A stretch of DNA of 64,000 nt from Bacteroidota bacterium (GTDB lineage: Bacteria > Bacteroidota > Ignavibacteria > UBA10030), in the NCBI GenBank assembly GCA_026416125.1, contig JAOAFT010000006.1:13015-77014 (forward strand), read 5' to 3'. The position numbers and the translations under genes are program-made. The notes beneath the pieces are model-generated. The model did not search any database and had not been told where the DNA came from. It saw only the letters and a list, made by a program, of their open reading frames with translations. Of this stretch, positions 61,652 through 64,000 are shown piece by piece (the first letter of the stretch is position 1; the number at the start of each line of letters is the position of its first letter).

Positions 61652-63688
61652 CTACTTCCAGGAATCAGTCCGGAACGAAGATGCTGGTAAGCCCTCTTTA
61701 TTAAACAATGTTGCTGATGCTGTATTGCTCCATGCATATCGTACAGCAAGTGGATTTTGAATATTCGGGTGTGAAACTATGAGTTTTTTCCCTCTCACTT
61801 CAACATATGCCCTCTGAAAGATACTATCAGGTCCTGCAATTAGGAAATGATGTTCCCCGTCGATTTCTTTTACTACCAAGCCACTCCCAGTATGGTCGAA
61901 CGAAAGTACAATTGCATTTCCCTCCTTCTTCATTGATTTATAAAGTGGTCCAGAGTATACCCCAACCTGTTTTTTGTATGTTTGTGCAAGCGCCCACAGA
62001 GCTAGCCGATTGCCAACATCGAGCTTATTGCACGGATGAATATTTTTGGGATCCCCAATATCAAGAGTCACAACCATACCTGTATTTTTCACATTTGCTA
62101 GTGTGAGGAACTGCGACTCTCTGAGTTCGTAGGATCGTGACCGTTCTCCATAATCGTATGGAGCAATTTGTACATAGTAAAATGGAAATTCACCTGATTC
62201 GAAGACACTTCTCCAATTTTGAATCATACCGGGAAAGAGACGACGATACATTGCTGGATCATACACGTTCGATTCTCCTTGGTACCAAATTACTCCACGA
62301 ATAGTGAACGGGAGAAGAGGTGAAATCATTCCGTTGAAGAGTGCTGTTGCAGTGTACCCAGAAATTGTTACAGGAAGTTTCGGCCTTTCGCGGAATCCAT
62401 TGCTCCCTGTTCCAAATACATAGAACACATCTGCTCTGTACTCAGCAACTGGTAAACATTTCCATTGTCCTTCGAGCGATAGTGTTTGGCCGACACTTTC
62501 ACAAGCAATGTATGGTTTTCTCCCGTCCCCCCAAATCCCCCCACCTCCTTGTGTATCAAGGACTCGAACTGCTAGTGTGAGGAGTGAATCTGTTACGATT
62601 GTCTGGGGTACTGTATACTTCCTCTCTGTTCTCCAGTATCCTCCCTTCATTATTTTACCGACCAACGTTCCATTAACGTACGTTTCATCCATATCATCAA
62701 TAGGACCAAGAAAGAGCGTTAACTCTTTTCCGATCCATTCCCGTGGAATAGTGATCGTTGTTCTGTACCAAACAACACCATCGAATTCTCCAATCGTAGA
62801 TTGTTCCCACAACGCTGGTACATTAACAACTAACCAGTCTTTATCGTTAAAATCTTTCTTTGAACAATCAGAATCATCAAATTGGAGATTTTCGTACCGT
62901 TGTTCAGATGGCCGCTCACCTAGGTTCACAATGCGATGTTGTTCCAACCATGCGTTAAGTACTTTCAAACTATCTTTCACTCTCGGTAATGTTTCTAAGA
63001 GGGATGAGTACTGTGGAAATTGTTGGAGTGCTTCTCTGCTCATCCATGGTTCTACAGCTGTTCCACCCCATGCCGCAAGAATGAGTCCAATAGGAACATT
63101 GAGCGTTTGATACAATTTTCTCCCGAAGAAATATGCAACAGCACTAAACGTTCGTGCTGTCGATGGTGTACACTCTCGCCAAACTCCCCTGAGTTCATCG
63201 GAAGGTTCTGGTGCATAGTTTCGCTGAACATGTAAAAAACGTATAGAAGGATACTGCGCACGCTCAATTTCGGCAGTTGCATTCATAATAGTATCAGTTG
63301 GTGGCCACCCTTCCAGGGGCATTTCCATGTTTGACTGACCTGAACAGAGCCACACTTCACCAATTAATACATTTTTAAATACTTTCTTCGTAGTTCCTCC
63401 ATGAACGGTGAGCTCGTATGGTCCACCGGCTCTTGGAGTTTTCAATTTTACCTTCCACTTCCCATCAGATTGAACAACAGTAGAGGCGCTTTTTCCCCAT
63501 GAACCACAAACATCTACTTTCATTCCTGGTGTCCCTTTTCCCCATACAGCAACGTTTGTGTGTTGCTGTAAAACCATATTATCTTGAAACACTGGAGCAA
63601 CCACTACGTTTTCGTTAGTTTGTGCGATCGCCCTATTTACGGAAAAAGTAAAAACAATCAACGACACAAGTATATGAATCACTTTCAT
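61652..63688 (-). CDS. Sialate O-acetylesterase-like SGNH/DUF303 family esterase (secreted).
   Basis: Signal peptide. Tandem SGNH-type domains with WLCSGQSNME and GVIWYQGESN motifs. 678 aa. Confidence 0.75.
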   Translation of the reverse strand: MKVIHILVSLIVFTFSVNRAIAQTNENVVVAPVFQDNMVLQQHTNVAVWGKGTPGMKVDVCGSWGKSASTVVQSDGKWKVKLKTPRAGGPYELTVHGGTTKKVFKNVLIGEVWLCSGQSNMEMPLEGWPPTDTIMNATAEIERAQYPSIRFLHVQRNYAPEPSDELRGVWRECTPSTARTFSAVAYFFGRKLYQTLNVPIGLILAAWGGTAVEPWMSREALQQFPQYSSLLETLPRVKDSLKVLNAWLEQHRIVNLGERPSEQRYENLQFDDSDCSKKDFNDKDWLVVNVPALWEQSTIGEFDGVVWYRTTITIPREWIGKELTLFLGPIDDMDETYVNGTLVGKIMKGGYWRTERKYTVPQTIVTDSLLTLAVRVLDTQGGGGIWGDGRKPYIACESVGQTLSLEGQWKCLPVAEYRADVFYVFGTGSNGFRERPKLPVTISGYTATALFNGMISPLLPFTIRGVIWYQGESNVYDPAMYRRLFPGMIQNWRSVFESGEFPFYYVQIAPYDYGERSRSYELRESQFLTLANVKNTGMVVTLDIGDPKNIHPCNKLDVGNRLALWALAQTYKKQVGVYSGPLYKSMKKEGNAIVLSFDHTGSGLVVKEIDGEHHFLIAGPDSIFQRAYVEVRGKKLIVSHPNIQNPLAVRYAWSNTASATLFNKEGLPASSFRTDSWK

Positions 63689-64000
63689 TTCTCATATTCC
63701 TTAAATTTTTAACTAAGCTAAAAAGTACATGCAACCTCTCTGCCAGCGAGTGTACTATTCATTTCCACTAAAAACAATAGTTATTTATCAATTCCATAAC
63801 ATGCAATTATCAAAGTGATAAAACAGGTGTTCATTTTACACTGTAATCCATCTATAATTCTACATTCTACCATCGTTCGACTGTGGCATTGAATATGCAG
63901 TGAAAAACAAGAGTAATTGTCATTCCTACTAATACGTACAAACATGAAAGAACACATATGAACATCAGTACAATTGACCTTTCTATAATAATCGGCTACT

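Overview
This 64-kb window is a chromosomal segment from a Gram-negative bacterium. It is most plausibly a member of the Fibrobacteres-Chlorobi-Bacteroidetes (FCB) group: there are T9SS type-A and type-B C-terminal sorting domains, a gene for ribosomal protein THX, and a canonical sigma70-like TTGACA-17-TATATT promoter, which together point toward Chlorobi/Ignavibacteria-like lineages rather than Bacteroidia. This placement is inference only.

Most genes are housekeeping:
- rseP and dxr.
- A c-di-AMP pair: a DHH/DHHA1 phosphodiesterase overlapping a cdaA that carries a fused YbbR domain.
- ruvB.
- Aromatic amino acid genes: a DAHP synthase and tyrA.
- A complete kdsA-kdsC-kdsD-lptC-lptA-lptB LPS operon.
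- ispE, purM, carA, clpC, ndh, pdxJ, a TRAP transporter preceded by a TatT-like TPR lipoprotein, and lhgO.
- tRNA-Gly(CCC) and two tRNA-Ser.

Accessory content includes:
- An exopolysaccharide (EPS)-type cluster (GT4 / Wzx / CE4-like / GT4).
- Three adjacent secreted proteins that share a novel ~100-aa repeat.
- A 1400-aa T9SS type-B cargo built from four CARDB+Lamin-tail-domain modules.
- A low-GC islet next to tRNA-Gly, encoding a polytopic LuxR-family regulator, a tail-fiber-like repeat protein with a 116-bp perfect in-frame internal duplication, and a mini T9SS type-A cargo.
- A protein fusing a bactofilin-like beta-helix to an Omp85-like barrel.

No rRNA, CRISPR array, transposase, integrase or obvious defence-system ATPase/nuclease was recognised. 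Protein calls rest on motif-level recognition in the supplied translations, with no database searches. CDS coordinates follow the ORF track; alternative starts were computed arithmetically from it, and hand-counted positions may be off by one.
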